The notes under the pieces are model-generated. The model was not told the origin of the DNA. It searched no databases and worked only from the letters and a program-made list of their open reading frames with translations. The translations under genes and the position numbers were made by a program. From an uncultured archaeon (GTDB lineage: Archaea; Thermoproteota; Bathyarchaeia; Bathyarchaeales; Bathycorpusculaceae): a stretch of 64,000 nt of DNA. The DNA lies in NCBI GenBank assembly GCA_963782915.1, contig CAWALK010000020.1, forward strand, positions 224,001 through 288,000, given 5' to 3'. This document shows, piece after piece, positions 49,582 to 61,562 of the stretch (position 1 is the first letter of the stretch; each line of letters begins with the position of its first letter).

Positions 49582-50589
49582 TTACTTTGATAGTGCTATC
49601 CAGAGGTGGTCTGAGGTTGGTCGCTGCATTAGTTCCGCTGAGTCGTCGCCGTGTACTAAGAGGCGTTTGTTGGGGTTTGGCGTAAATTCGCCGATGACAT
49701 CAGCGTAGATGTGTTCTTTGGCGAGGTTGTCTATGATTTTAGGTGCTGCTTGCGGGTCCGCTGCGATGAGTAATGCGCCGGAGCTGATTAGTTGCAGGGG
49801 ATCAATTTCGTAGTAGCGGCATATTTTGGCGGTTTCTGGTTCAACTGTAATTTTTTCTTGGAGCACTCTTGCGCCCAAGTTTGCTGCGTCTGCCATTTCG
49901 TGGATGCCGTTTAGGATGCCGCCTTCGGTTGGGTCATGCATCGCATGCACTCCGCCTGTGCGGTAAGCTGTTAAGGCGTCTTTGACGACGCTGATTTGGT
50001 TGTAGAAATGTTTGGCGCCGTCGAGCATGGTTTGGTTGAAGACTTTTTTAAGTTGCTCCTCGCGGTCAGTCGCCAATATGGCTGTGCCTTCGATACCGGC
50101 GGTTTTGGTGAGTATGATTTTGTCGCCGGTTTTTGCTCCCGCGGCGGTTACGTATTTGCCTTTTTCTGTTAAGCCCATAATGCAGCCTACAACGATGGGG
50201 TTGGCTAATCCTGGTGTGACTTCACAGTGTCCCCCCACGATGGCTATGCCTAATTCTTTGGCGGCGTTATGCATTTGAGTGCTTATTTTTTCGATGATGC
50301 TGCTGTCTACGTTTTCAGGTAGCATTATGCAGCTGAAGAAGAATGCCGGTTCTACCCCAAAGGTGGCGACGTCGTTGGCGTTTATGTTGATGGCTTCCAT
50401 GCCTATGCGTTCGACTGCGCCAGTGATTGGGTCCATGGAGACAATGGCGTTTTTGCTGCCCATGTCAAGGATTGCCCCGTCAACTCCTGTTGCTGGCCCC
50501 AAAATGACTTCGCTTCTGTTTACCCCTAAATTTTTAAAAACGACATCCTTGAGAATGTCTACGGGAACTTTTCCTGGTTGAAGTTTCAT
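49582..50589 (-). CDS. AIR-synthase (PurM/HypE-like) family protein
   Basis: DPITGA, NANDVA, GGHCEVT, MHDPTEGG; lacks the HypE PRIC end. Confidence 0.88.
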   Translation of the reverse strand: MKLQPGKVPVDILKDVVFKNLGVNRSEVILGPATGVDGAILDMGSKNAIVSMDPITGAVERIGMEAININANDVATFGVEPAFFFSCIMLPENVDSSIIEKISTQMHNAAKELGIAIVGGHCEVTPGLANPIVVGCIMGLTEKGKYVTAAGAKTGDKIILTKTAGIEGTAILATDREEQLKKVFNQTMLDGAKHFYNQISVVKDALTAYRTGGVHAMHDPTEGGILNGIHEMADAANLGARVLQEKITVEPETAKICRYYEIDPLQLISSGALLIAADPQAAPKIIDNLAKEHIYADVIGEFTPNPNKRLLVHGDDSAELMQRPTSDHLWIALSK

Positions 50590-50603
50590 AGTGTATTCCT
50601 CTG

Positions 50604-51155
50604 TTAGAGGTAGCTTTTAAGTTGTGGGAAAACCCGCAGCACAGCATGCATGATTGGGACAGCTATTAGTAAGCCAACGAGCATCTGCACCACGTTAAAT
50701 GGAACTTCTAGTAATACTGCTGCGACTGGAAAACCAAGCACAGCTATTTCATATGTGAAGTAGCCAAAAATCATAATCAAGCCGCCCAATACGACTGATA
50801 TTGTGGCGCTTATGGTTATGCTCCGGGTTTTTTTCAGCAGTTTCCTGTTTAGATAACCCACTGTGAATCCTTCAAGTGCCTTGATGACTAAGGTGGCTGG
50901 GGCAAACACTGCGCCGCCAGGAACAAGCAAATCTGCTATAGCTGCTCCTGCTCCTGCGAATGCGCCTGCGAAGGGACCTAAAACTAGGGCGGCAACGTAG
51001 ATTATGGTTTCTCCCAAGTTGAAGTATCCTGTGGTTGCGGGGATAGGTATAACGAAGATGTAGGTGGCGACTGCTACGAGGGCTGCAAATACAGCTCCCG
51101 CTGCGATGGTGGCTGCTGTTCCGAAAGTTCCGTATCTTCTAGTCATAGACTTCAC
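50604..51155 (-). CDS. ECF transporter S component
   Basis: IPIPATTGYFNLGET...AIADL...PATLVIK...NVVQ. Confidence 0.88.
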   Translation of the reverse strand: MKSMTRRYGTFGTAATIAAGAVFAALVAVATYIFVIPIPATTGYFNLGETIIYVAALVLGPFAGAFAGAGAAIADLLVPGGAVFAPATLVIKALEGFTVGYLNRKLLKKTRSITISATISVVLGGLIMIFGYFTYEIAVLGFPVAAVLLEVPFNVVQMLVGLLIAVPIMHAVLRVFPQLKSYL

Positions 51156-51346
51156 AGCGTTATAGTTTTAAGTTAACTTATTTTTACTTGCTCCCTATTA
51201 AGCATCATGACTATATTATTCCTACTTGGAATTCTTTCGTTGGTTGTAACTACCATTCTGTAATCACATAGACTTAAGAATTCTTTTCCTTCTAAAATTT
51301 TTGAGTTAATCTAAATTTAGCCTATTAACATTTTTGAGATGTTTTT

Positions 51347-53484
51347 ATGACTGAAAAAATTAAGGATAAATCAAAGTTTGAACCGCCCAAAGTGGAGAAA
51401 ACCCTTGAACTCTACAGGGTTGACTCAAAGAATCAGCAATTAACCAGCAACACAGGCGTAAAAATAAACGACACCGACAACTCCCTGCGTGTTGGCCCAC
51501 GCGGCCCAACCCTAATGGAAGACTTTCACTTCAGAGAAAAAATTATGCATTTCGACCATGAACGTATTCCTGAACGAGTTGTGCATGCCCGCGGTTCAGG
51601 TGCGCATGGATATTTTCAAGTTTACCAGTCCATGAGCAAATATACCAAAGCCAAGTTTCTCCAAGACCCAGCCAAGAAAACCCCCGTTTTCGTCCGTTTT
51701 TCTACGGTTGCGGGTTCACGGGGTTCCGCTGACACCGTTCGAGACGTACGAGGATTTGCAACTCGCTTCTACACTGAAGACGGAAACTATGACCTAGTCG
51801 GCAACAACATCCCCGTATTCTTCATACAGGACGCCATCAAATTCCCCGATGTCATACATGCGGCTAAGCCTGAACAGGACAACGAGATTCCTCAAGCTGG
51901 TACGGCACATGATACTTTTTGGGATTTCGTCGTTAACAACACTGAGACGGCGCATATGGTGATGTGGACAATGTCTGATAGGGCATTGCCTAGGAGCTTC
52001 CGTATGATGGATGGGTTTGGCGTTAATACTTACAAGTTTGTTAATGCTGAGGGCAGGGCGTTTTTTGTTAAGTTCCATTGGCGTTCGATGTTGGGTGCGC
52101 ATTCTATGACGTGGGATGAAACGCAGAAGGTTGCAGGCAAAGATGCAGATTTTAATCGCCGAGACCTCTGGGACGCTATAGAGATGGGTGATTACCCCGA
52201 ATACGAGTTTTCGGTGCAGGTAATCGATGAAGCAGATGAGGGTAAGTTTGAATTTGATATTTTAGATGCGACGAAGTTGTGGCCTGAAGAGTTGGTTCCC
52301 CGAATACCCGTCGGTAAAATGGTTCTTAACCGTAATCCTGACAACTTTTTTGCTGAAACCGAGCAGGTAGCGTTCTGTCCAGCAAACGTAGTGCCAGGTA
52401 TCGATGTTAGCGATGACCCACTATTGCAGGGTCGGTTGTTCTCGTACTTTGATACGCAACTTACACGGTTGGGTGGACCGAACTTTAACGAAATTCCCAT
52501 CAACAAGCCGCTTGTACCCGTCGTCAATAACGAGCGCGACGGTTTCCATCGCATGACTATAGATAAAGGTAAGACCGCTTACACTCCCAACATCATTAAA
52601 CGATGGTTATCCCGAAGCCTGGGCTTGATCCCAAAGAAGGCTATGTACATTACCCACAAAAAGTAGCCGGACAGAAAATTCGGGTGCGAAGCGAAACTTT
52701 CAAAGAACATTTTGGGCAAGCAACACTGTTCTGGAATAGCATGTCCGAAGCCGAAAAAATGCATATTATCCATGCGTTCCATTTTGAAGTTGGAAAAGTA
52801 ACTGACAAGGCAACCCGCCAAAAAGTCGTGGACATGTTCAACAACGTGGATAACGAGTTAGCTAAGGAGATTGCGTTGGGCGTGGGTGCAAATCCGCCGG
52901 CGCCTGTTGAGCGTCACATGCCTAAAGTCTCCATGTCCAAAGCATTAAGCTTAGAAAACACCTTCAAAAACAGCATTGCAACCCGCAAAGTAGCCGCAAT
53001 CGTCATGGAAGGTTTTAACGATGACGAATTAGCCTCAGTCAAAGCAGCTCTAACTGCCCAAGGTGCCCACGTAGACATTATTTCGCAATACCTAACCCCC
53101 ATAGACAGCGCAAACGGAAAACAAATCGTGCCCGACAAAAACTATGTCAGCGTCAGCTCAGTGCTCTACGACGCCGTCTACATTCCAGGCGGAGAAGAAA
53201 GTGTTGAAAACATGATTGATCAGGGCTACGTGGTTAACTTTATTACTGAAGCTTACAAGCACTGCAAACCCATTGGCGCGACTGGGGAGGGCGTGAATTT
53301 GCTTGCGGAGTTGGGTTTGGTGGATTCTGAGGCTGCGGGAACCAAGACTGGGCAGGTGATTTCTGAGTTGGGTGTGGTTGCTTTGATGGCTAAACCAAAT
53401 GATGCTTTTAACAAAGCATTCGTTGAGGCAATCAAAGCTCATCGGCATTGGGCGAGGGAGAAAGACGAAAGCGTCCCCGCCTGA
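51347..53484 (+). CDS. katE: Large-subunit catalase HPII (frameshift near 52595)
   Basis: [25 protein letters not shown]-terminal DJ-1-like domain (EAYKHCKPI...HRHW). Confidence 0.95.
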
Positions 53485-53597
53485 GGCTGCGGCAATTGAC
53501 CAAAAAACCGCTTTACCCTTCGTAATCCGCCTACCTTATCCAATCAAACCCCAACAAGCGCATAAGCTATGAGCTGGAAGCCTAACAGATGTGGTGA

Positions 53598-53684
53598 CTA
53601 TAAATAAGGGAGGGGGTCCCTCTGCAGAGCAACAAACGCTCGGCTTTCTTTACTTTTGTGTCTATAAATAGAGGGGGGATAGCT
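53598..53684. repeat. Copy of dispersed repeat family
   Basis: TATAAATAAGGGAGGGGGTCCCTCTGCAGAGCAACAAAC...TATAAATAGAGGGGGGATAGC. Confidence 0.75.
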
Positions 53685-53702
53685 TGCACAACACACGTAA
53701 AG

Positions 53703-54191
53703 CTATTTTTTGTTAGGCACCCAACGCGCCTTATCCCATTGCGTCTTCCCAACTTTTTTAACAGGCTTTTCTCCCTGATAGCCGCATGCATAGCATCGTC
53801 CATCATGCACTGAAACTACGTCGCCGCAGGTTGGGCAACGGTATTTTTCAGCTTGGCTTTTGAGGAATTCATCCATGCCTTTGTCACGTATCATCTTCTG
53901 GTTTTCAATCATACTCATGCCGTAACGTGCCTGATAATGAGCATCCAATTTGGTTAAACGCTCACAAGGCATACTCGAGCATTCGTAGCAGAAGCTGAGT
54001 TGTTTACCCACCTTTTTTGGGCAATCCCGTTTAACAAATGCGCAGTTTTTGTTTCTGACGCGGCAACCTGAGCAATGGGATACTTCGCCTTTCTTTTGGG
54101 GTACTCCGCGTGAATAGGCGAGGTAGCTTTTGCAGATGCCGCAGTTCATTCCGCAGGGTGCGATGAGTTCGGGGGTAAATTTGGATTCCAT
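53703..54191 (-). CDS. DUF3795 Cys-rich protein
   Basis: IAPCGMNCGIC...CSGCR...FCYEC...PC. Confidence 0.85.
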   Translation of the reverse strand: MESKFTPELIAPCGMNCGICKSYLAYSRGVPQKKGEVSHCSGCRVRNKNCAFVKRDCPKKVGKQLSFCYECSSMPCERLTKLDAHYQARYGMSMIENQKMIRDKGMDEFLKSQAEKYRCPTCGDVVSVHDGRCYACGYQGEKPVKKVGKTQWDKARWVPNKK

Positions 54192-54291
54192 AACTGTGAT
54201 AGAGTGGGGATTGTGCTTATGTTTTTTGTTAACAGCTAATTAGCAAAAAATTAAATGCGAAAACAGCTCTATTTCCTAGTGGGGATTAAAT

Positions 54292-54771
54292 TTGGAAAAA
54301 CCACAGTTAACAAACCTAAACCCCATGCCAGCTGCTCATGTCTTTTCCTTAAGCCAGTCTCCAGAAGAGGAAGCTCTAACAAAAATTTTAGAATACGCCA
54401 AAAGCATCCGCTTATCGCCTGCTAAGTCTCATTTGTTTGGCAGAAACATTTACCCTACCGACCAGCCCGAACCCCACGGCTATGAATACTACCTAACGGG
54501 TGAAGACAAAATCAAACTAAATGGTGAAATTGGGTTCGGAGCGGTAAAAGGTGGATTATACGCGATTTTAGAGATAAAAAACCTCTTTAACATAGCTGAG
54601 GGCTGGAAAACCTTGTTTAGTTGGGTTGAAGCAAACGGGCATGTACCCTTCGGTGTAGTGAAGGGTCCGCATGGCTGGGTTAACAGTGCGTACGAGGAAC
54701 TGCTTGATTGGCAGCAGCCGAAGCCGCCTACAGAATGGCTTTTTCGCCTTTGGGTGCAACTCAGAGAGTAG
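54292..54771 (+). CDS. GyrI-like effector-binding protein
   Basis: SPEEEA...FGRN...GYEYY...GGLYA...W..LFSWV. Confidence 0.75.
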   Translation: MEKPQLTNLNPMPAAHVFSLSQSPEEEALTKILEYAKSIRLSPAKSHLFGRNIYPTDQPEPHGYEYYLTGEDKIKLNGEIGFGAVKGGLYAILEIKNLFNIAEGWKTLFSWVEANGHVPFGVVKGPHGWVNSAYEELLDWQQPKPPTEWLFRLWVQLRE

Positions 54772-54825
54772 GTAAGCCGCAAAGTTATTACTTAACGCTG
54801 TTTCCATTTCTTTTGGATCAGCAAA

Positions 54826-55065
54826 ATGCCTAAACCCAAACAAAAGCCTAAATGGAAACCTAAAGCTGAAGTCCCCGAAGAACCCGTAGATAAAACAACG
54901 CTGAATTTTCTGTCGCTTTTGGGCATTTTGGGTTTAATATTGATAATTGCAGGTATAGCCTCGATATTTCTGGTTTCCGTCCTCATCGGTGTTGGATTGA
55001 TTGTTGTAGGTATAGCTGTTTATGTGTTGTTTTTCATTATGGAAAAACGGTTTAAAGTTATCTAA
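54826..55065 (+). CDS. Small two-TM membrane protein
   Basis: Basic N-terminus and two TMs. Confidence 0.55.
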   Translation: MPKPKQKPKWKPKAEVPEEPVDKTTLNFLSLLGILGLILIIAGIASIFLVSVLIGVGLIVVGIAVYVLFFIMEKRFKVI

Positions 55066-55164
55066 CCCCAATTCCACCCGTTTCTTTAAAGATATCTTGG
55101 CTGTTTCCCTACAAAATTCTTAATTACCGCGCCCGCTAAATGGAGTGGCGAGGAATTACTAAAA

Positions 55165-56221
55165 ATGGTAAAACTGGACTTCGGTGGCGTAACAGAAGAC
55201 GTCATCACTCGCAAAGAGTTTACAGTGGCAATGGCCCAAAAAATCCTAAAAGATGAAGTTGTCGTTACCATCGGCTACGGAATTCAAGGCCGATCTCAAG
55301 CATTAAACATGCGTGATCAAGGTATCAAAGTAATTGTAGGTCAAAGAGAAAAATCCAAAACCTGGGATCTAGCAGTTAAAGACGGATTTGTCCCCGGCGA
55401 AACCTTGCTCCCTATTGAGGAAGCAGCCAAAAAAGGCACCATCAAAATGGTCCTACTCACCGATGCAGCACAAAAAGAAGAATGGCCAAAAATCAAAGCT
55501 GGCTTCAAAAAAGGAGACGCCCTCTACTTCAGCCACGGCTTTAGCATAGTCTTCAAAGACCAAACCGGCGTCATCCCACCCAAAGACATCGACGTCATAT
55601 TGGTCGCGCCAAAAGGCAGCGGCACCAGTGTACGCAGGAACTTTGTTGACGGCAGCGGCATCAACAGCAGCTTCGCCATCTTCCAAGACGCAACCGGCAA
55701 AGCCTTAGAACGCGCCAAAGCCATGGGCATCGCCATCGGATCCGGATACCTCTTCCCAACCACATTCGAAAAAGAAACCGTCAGCGACTTAACCGGCGAA
55801 CGCGGAACCCTAATGGGTGCCTTAGCTGGCATCATCGAAGCCCAATACCACACCCTACGCAGCCATGGTCACAGCCCAAGTGAAGCATTCAACGAAACAG
55901 TAGAAGAACTCACACAAAGCCTCATCCGCCTCGTCGACGAAAACGGCATGGACTGGATGTACAACAACTGCAGCGAAACCGCACGCATCGGCGCATTACG
56001 CTGGAAAGAACGCTTCCGCGAAGCAACCCAACCAGTCTTCGATTCAGCTCTATGACCTCGTCGCAGCAGGCGAAGAAACCCGCATCGTGCTCGAAAAGAG
56101 CAAAGGCGCAGACTACAAGCAGAAGATTGCTGACGAGCTCAAAGAGATGGGCAGCAGCGAATTGTGGCGTGCAGGCGCAACAGTGCGTTCACTTCGCCCA
56201 AGCAAACAAAAGAAAGAGTAA
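55165..56221 (+). CDS. ilvC: Ketol-acid reductoisomerase (frameshift near 56045)
   Basis: IGYGIQG, FSHGF, VAPKGSG, SDLTGER, EAFNETVEE; C-terminus SELWRAGATVRSLRP in another frame. Confidence 0.95.
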
Positions 56222-56342
56222 TCCTCTTTTCTTCATTTTTCGTTTAGTTTTTTGTTGTTTTTACCTTTTAGTTCTGTGTTGTTTGGTTAGCTAATCTTTT
56301 ATACCCCAAAGCACCGCTTGCCTCTACATTCGAGGCACCAGT

Positions 56343-57697
56343 TTGGATTACGTTGCCATAGCTGCATTGGCAGTGTTTGTTTCCACGCTTTTCTTAATGA
56401 TTAAGCGTCCATGGGGCATCAAGCTGGGTTACGCGGCGGCTATTGGCGCTGTGGCTTCGCTTCTTTTAGGCACGGTCACTTTGGGACAAGCAGCCGATTC
56501 ATTCCTCAACATTTGGGATGCCGCATTAGCTTTCATTGGCATCGTAGCGTTTTCGGTGATTTTAGATGCTATGGGCTTCTTCAAATGGGCCGCTCTTAAG
56601 GTTGTGAGGTTTTCGAAAGGCAGCGGTTTACGGCTGTACTTCTATGTGTCGCTGCTTACGGCGGCTGTTAGCATCCTTTTCGCCAATGATAGCGCAGTTC
56701 TCATTCTAACCCCCATAGTACTCGAAATAATCGTAGCACTCAAGATTGATGGCAAAGGCAAAATGGCCTATCTCTTCTCCGCAGGCTTAATCGCCGATAC
56801 CGCCGCCATGCCACTCATCACCAGCAACCCTATCAACATCTTAAGCGCAGACTACTTCGGCTACACCTTCATCGACCACCTCATCATCATGGCGCCCATC
56901 GCAGTCGTCACCATCACAACCAGCATGCTGCTCGTCTATGTTTTCTTCCGCAAAAAAATCCCCAAAACCTACGACGCAACCGCAGTGGACACCCTTGCAT
57001 TGTCGGCGCCTATCGAACCCAGAATACTAAAAGTGTGTCTTGTCACCCTCGTCGCCATTGACGTAGGATATGTTGCGGCGTCGTTTGCTAGAATTCCAGT
57101 TTCTCTTGTGATTTGTTCAGGCGCAGTTTTCCTCTTAGCAGTTTACTTGACAAGTTCAAACAGCATGATTGTACGCGGTGAGCGTAAAGGCTTCAAAGGC
57201 TTAGCGCGCGACATCAACTGGGATATAGTGCTGTTTATGCTATGCATCTTCCTGGTTGTGCAGGGTTTAACTAACGTTGGAATCACCCAGTTGCTATCCT
57301 CTGCGTTGGTCTCAGCAAGCACCTTGCCCTCAGTGTTTGGAGTTATTGCACCCAGCGTAGTCGTCACCATCGGTGCATCTTTCATGAATAACTGGCCCAT
57401 GACAATCCTGGGATTAATGTCTATACAGAACATCGCTTCAACAGTAGCCTTAAGCGGTCAAGCTTTCACTTCACTGGTTTTCTCAAACATCATCGGCAAC
57501 AATTTAGGCCCACACTTCTTCCCACTTGGGCTCATTGGCGATTTTGATGTGGCTCGAAACCATGAAGCGCAAAGGCGTAAACATCAGCCTAAGGCAGCTA
57601 CCTGAAAGTCGGCGCGGTCCTTTCAATCGTTGAGGTGGTGGTGGCGTCGGTGGTTCTGTGGATAGAGATTGCCCTCTTGGGGTTCAAGCTTTTTTAG
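56343..57697 (+). CDS. arsB: ArsB/NhaD family arsenite efflux pump (indels near 3' end)
   Basis: FANDSAVLILTPIV, ADTAAMPLITSNPINI, MNNWP, IGNNLGP. Confidence 0.85.
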
Positions 57698-57730
57698 GTA
57701 CAACTCCAAGTGATATCTTAAGTGGGTAGC

Positions 57731-58964
57731 ATGTTGATTAGTAAAGGTAACTTTGGGCGTGAATCACTCAAAGGCGAAGTCGTCGTTGTAACGGGCGCTG
57801 GAAGAGGCATCGGTTTTGAAGCCGCTCGGGCACTGGTTTGGCTTGGCGCAAACGTGGTTATTGCTGAAGTTGACGAGAAGAACGGTAAAGCCGCACAAGA
57901 AGCCATAAACAAAGAATTCGGCGAGGACAAAGCAGTTTTTGTTAAAACAGACATCGGTAAACCCGAAGACATCGACCACTTAGCAGAGGTGGCACAGAGA
58001 AAAATTTGGCAAAATCGACGCTGTCCTAAACAACGCCACAGTATTCCCAATGGGCGCCATCAAAGATGCCCCAATCGAGAGCTGGGATTTTAGTTACCGC
58101 GTCAACCTCCGAGGACCAGTACTGCTAGCTAAAAAGTTCTTGCCAAAGATGCTTGAACGCAAACATGGCATATTTGTCTGCGTTTCCTCTTCAGGTGCAG
58201 CGCCCTTTATGGGTCCATACGAAGTTTTCAAGACAGCCCAAGTGGAACTAGCCAACACCCTCTCCGCAGAAGTGGAAGGTACAGGCGTTTACGCTTTTAC
58301 GATTGGGCCAGGAATCTCCAAAACTCCAGGTTTCATCGAGGGCGGAGCAAAAGTGGCTTCGCTAATGGGGATGAGTCTTGACGAATTGTTTGAGTTAAAC
58401 AAGAATGCCCAGATTTCCCCTGAAGCGGCGGGCGCAGGTTTCGCATTAGCGATTGCACAAGCTAAGAAGTATCATGGGCAGGAGACGAGTTCGATTCAGG
58501 TGCTGCGTGAAGCAAACATACCTTTGAGTGAACAGGAAACGGTGGAAGAGCAAAAGCCGACAGTACAAGCAGCGGCAACCCAAACAGTCGCTAAACCAGA
58601 GGCTGGGCGAAGCAAAAATGAACTCTACCAATCAGTACAAAAAACCTTTATGGATCAATCTGAAGGCTGGAAAAAACGCAACCTATTCGAGCGCCAATGG
58701 GTTAGCCGAGACTTCAAAAAAACTACTGGCTTCTCGATTGATGAAATGCAGGCTAAACTCAAAGCTTTAGGCGATAGCTTAAAGGCTGGAACCTCAACGG
58801 CAGAATCTATCGATACGGTCAACAAAATTGTAGCTTACTACATGCATCAGCAGGAGCAACTCAGGGGCTTCGAGAAGAACCCAGCGAAGCTAGCGGAGAA
58901 CCTCAAGATTATGGATGGCTGGATTGCCGATGCACAAGCACTGATTAAAACGCTATCTCAATGA
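57731..58964 (+). CDS. SDR oxidoreductase with helical C-terminal extension (frameshift near 58000)
   Basis: TGAGRGIG, LNNA, YEVFK (YxxxK). Confidence 0.85.
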
Positions 58965-59698
58965 CTGCAAGTTTCGCAGTTGGGGTTCTTTGGCAGCGGC
59001 ACAGTTGTGAAACTCATGTCAGTGAAGTCGCAGACCAACATTTTGCCAACCAAATTTGAGCCGACTCCTGCGATGAGTTTGATGGCTTCCATGGCTTCAA
59101 GACTGCCCATTATACCCGCGGAGGCGCCGATAATGCCAAAAACCTTCTTTTCGGAGCTAACAGTGCGATTGTGCATTGTGCATTCTAAGCAGCCCGTTTC
59201 TGGCGGATTAAACACGGCGAGGTTACCTTCCAGTCCCATAACTGCCGCAAAAACGTAGGGTACACCGAGTTTTATGCATGCTCTGTTGACTAAGTAGCGG
59301 GTTGGAATATTGTCTAAGCAGTCCACTACTACATCCACGCCGTCTAGGAGTGATTCAACATTTAACGCATCCACCTTCTCAACCACGGCATTGACTTTAA
59401 TCAGTGGATTCTTCTTTGCCAGCAAATTGGCGGCGACTTCAGCTTTGGGCTGATGTAACTCGTCGGGGCTATAGAGGATTTGCCGATGCAAATTGTGGGT
59501 TTCAACTGTGTCAGGGTCGATTAAGCGCAAGTAGCCCACACCCGCCAACGCAAGATAAAGCGAACAAACCGAACCTAAACCCCCCACGCCTACAACGGCA
59601 ACACGGGCATCTGCAAGCTTCTGCTGCCCAGCAGCACCCAACTCATCAATCAGTAACTGCCGACTATAGAATAACTCTGCAAATTCCTTTTTATCCAT
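58958..59698 (-). CDS. ThiF/MoeB/UbaA family adenylyltransferase
   Basis: YSRQ, VGVGGLG, NLHRQ, DCLDN, CLEC, CETC. Confidence 0.92.
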   Translation of the reverse strand: MDKKEFAELFYSRQLLIDELGAAGQQKLADARVAVVGVGGLGSVCSLYLALAGVGYLRLIDPDTVETHNLHRQILYSPDELHQPKAEVAANLLAKKNPLIKVNAVVEKVDALNVESLLDGVDVVVDCLDNIPTRYLVNRACIKLGVPYVFAAVMGLEGNLAVFNPPETGCLECTMHNRTVSSEKKVFGIIGASAGIMGSLEAMEAIKLIAGVGSNLVGKMLVCDFTDMSFTTVPLPKNPNCETCSH

Positions 59699-59700
59699 CG

Positions 59701-61403
59701 CTAACCTGTCTCTTGGGCGTTGTATTTGCCTTTATTGCGGAACTGCCTATCAAATATTTGCCTAACCTGCCCAATAGTGCTGGCTTCCTCGGGCGATTTG
59801 TCGTCTCTTATTCGGGTGATTCTGGCGAATCGGAGTGCCATTTGGCTTGGGTATTTGGGGCTTTGCTGGATTTCGTTGTAAGCGACTTCGACAACGATTT
59901 TGGGGATAACCTTGACGCGGTGGCCTTCCTCGCTGATGGTGGATTCTTTTAGCCGCCTGTTAAATCGATGATTTCCGCGTCAGTTAAGCCCTTGAAGGTT
60001 TTACCAATATCCAAAAACTCGCCCGACTCGGGGTCCCTTGCGCCCAAATAATAATCAGACAACCAACCCTTCCGCCTGCCATAACCATACTCAGCAGCGG
60101 TAATGACCAAATCGAGGGGTTCAAGGACTGTTTTAATTTTTAGCCAGCGTTTGCCTCTGCGCCCAGGAGTGTATGGGCTGTCGAGTTTTTTAGCCATTAA
60201 GCCTTCGTGCCCTGCGGCTATGGCTTCTTTTAGGTAGCTTTCAGCTTGAATTGGCTGGTCGGTGACGATTTGGTTGGTTAAGGCGATTTTTCCTGCGGTT
60301 TGAGCTAAAATTTGTCGGCGTTCAATGTAGGGTTTTGAGATTTGGCTTTCGCCGTTAAGGAACAGGATATCAAAGAGGTAGAGTGTCAGCGGAATTTTTT
60401 CTTGCATGCCAGCGATTTCTCGGGTGCGTTTGAATCGGCGCATCAAATGCTGAAACGCGATTGGGTAACCAGCCGCGTCAAGAGCGATAACTTCTCCTTC
60501 GACGATGGCGTTGTCTGCTTGAAGGTTACGTTTTATGGTTTCGACGATGTCAGGGAGGCTTTCGGTGACATCGGTTAATCTTCGGCTGAAAACCCGCACA
60601 ACTCCGCCTTGTTTATGGATTTGCACCCTTGCCCCATCATACTTATACTCAAAGGCACTGTTGCCGTCTTGCTCTGCGAGGGCTTCCTGCACGGATTCTG
60701 CCGTTTGGGCGAGCATCAGTTTGACTGGGCGAAAAAGGCTAAAGCTCGTCTTCTCCAAACCCTCAATGCCCTCAGTTTTTAGCTTCTTCGCAACTTCTCC
60801 GATGTCGCCTAAAACCATGGCGGCATGCTGAACCCCCTGCAACGGTACATCAAACGCTCGAGCAACAGCTTGCTCCATCAACCCTTCATGCAGCCCAGTG
60901 CGCATTTCGCCTGTAAAGATTTTGACAAGGTATTTGGCTTCGACTGGGGTCGCTTGGCTGAGTAGCGCGGTGATTTGGAGTTCTTTTTTGGTTCTGGAGC
61001 CTGCACCCTGCGTTTGGCTGATTACTTCAAATGCACGCCTAACCTCTGTGACTGTGAGTGGAGTCTGGGTTAGTTGCATCTGTTTTTTAGATTTAGATTG
61101 CTCCAGAACCGCTTTGGTGGCTGAACCGATGTCGCCTGTTTTAGCCATAGCTTCGCGGAATAAGCTCCAATCGAAAACACTTACCCGCTCGAGAATACGC
61201 TGTAGGGTTGCCCAGCTTACGTCGAGCGTTTTTTGGCTGTATTTGGGGAAGGCTCTGCCAACCATCATGTTGACGGCTGGTTCGATTTCGTCTGCGCCCA
61301 GCGTTTTGAGGTAATTTGCGGTTTGATCTATGATTTCGAGGCGTTTCTTGGTGGCTTCAACGGTTTCGAGAAGTTCACTGAGGGATTTGAATGAGGCAGG
61401 CAT
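59701..61403 (-). CDS. lig: ATP-dependent DNA ligase (frameshift near 59950)
   Basis: EYKYDGARVQ, EGLMAK, WLKIK; LRFARITRIRDDK after the indel. Confidence 0.95.
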
Positions 61404-61562
61404 AATTAACCCAAAAATCCGCATTAAACTAAGAGTGTTTGGGGCTATAATTGGTTGCCCCCGCTTCTTCACTTTCACTGACCCCTCCCCTAGTACGCTA
61501 TGTTGGATTGTCGATGCTTTAAATAGGCAAAAAAGGCGTAACATGGTTTTTGTGAAGTAACG

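Noticed and set aside
49582-50589. Second hypE
   Set aside because: Lacks the C-terminal PRIC cysteine; generic AIR-synthase family protein paired with an ECF S component
1488-61403. Frameshifts in fadD, hypD, hypE, katE, ilvC, arsB, SDR and lig as programmed frameshifting or pseudogenisation
   Set aside because: Single-base indels are scattered through otherwise intact, sometimes essential genes with no shared slippery motif; sequencing or assembly error is the simplest explanation
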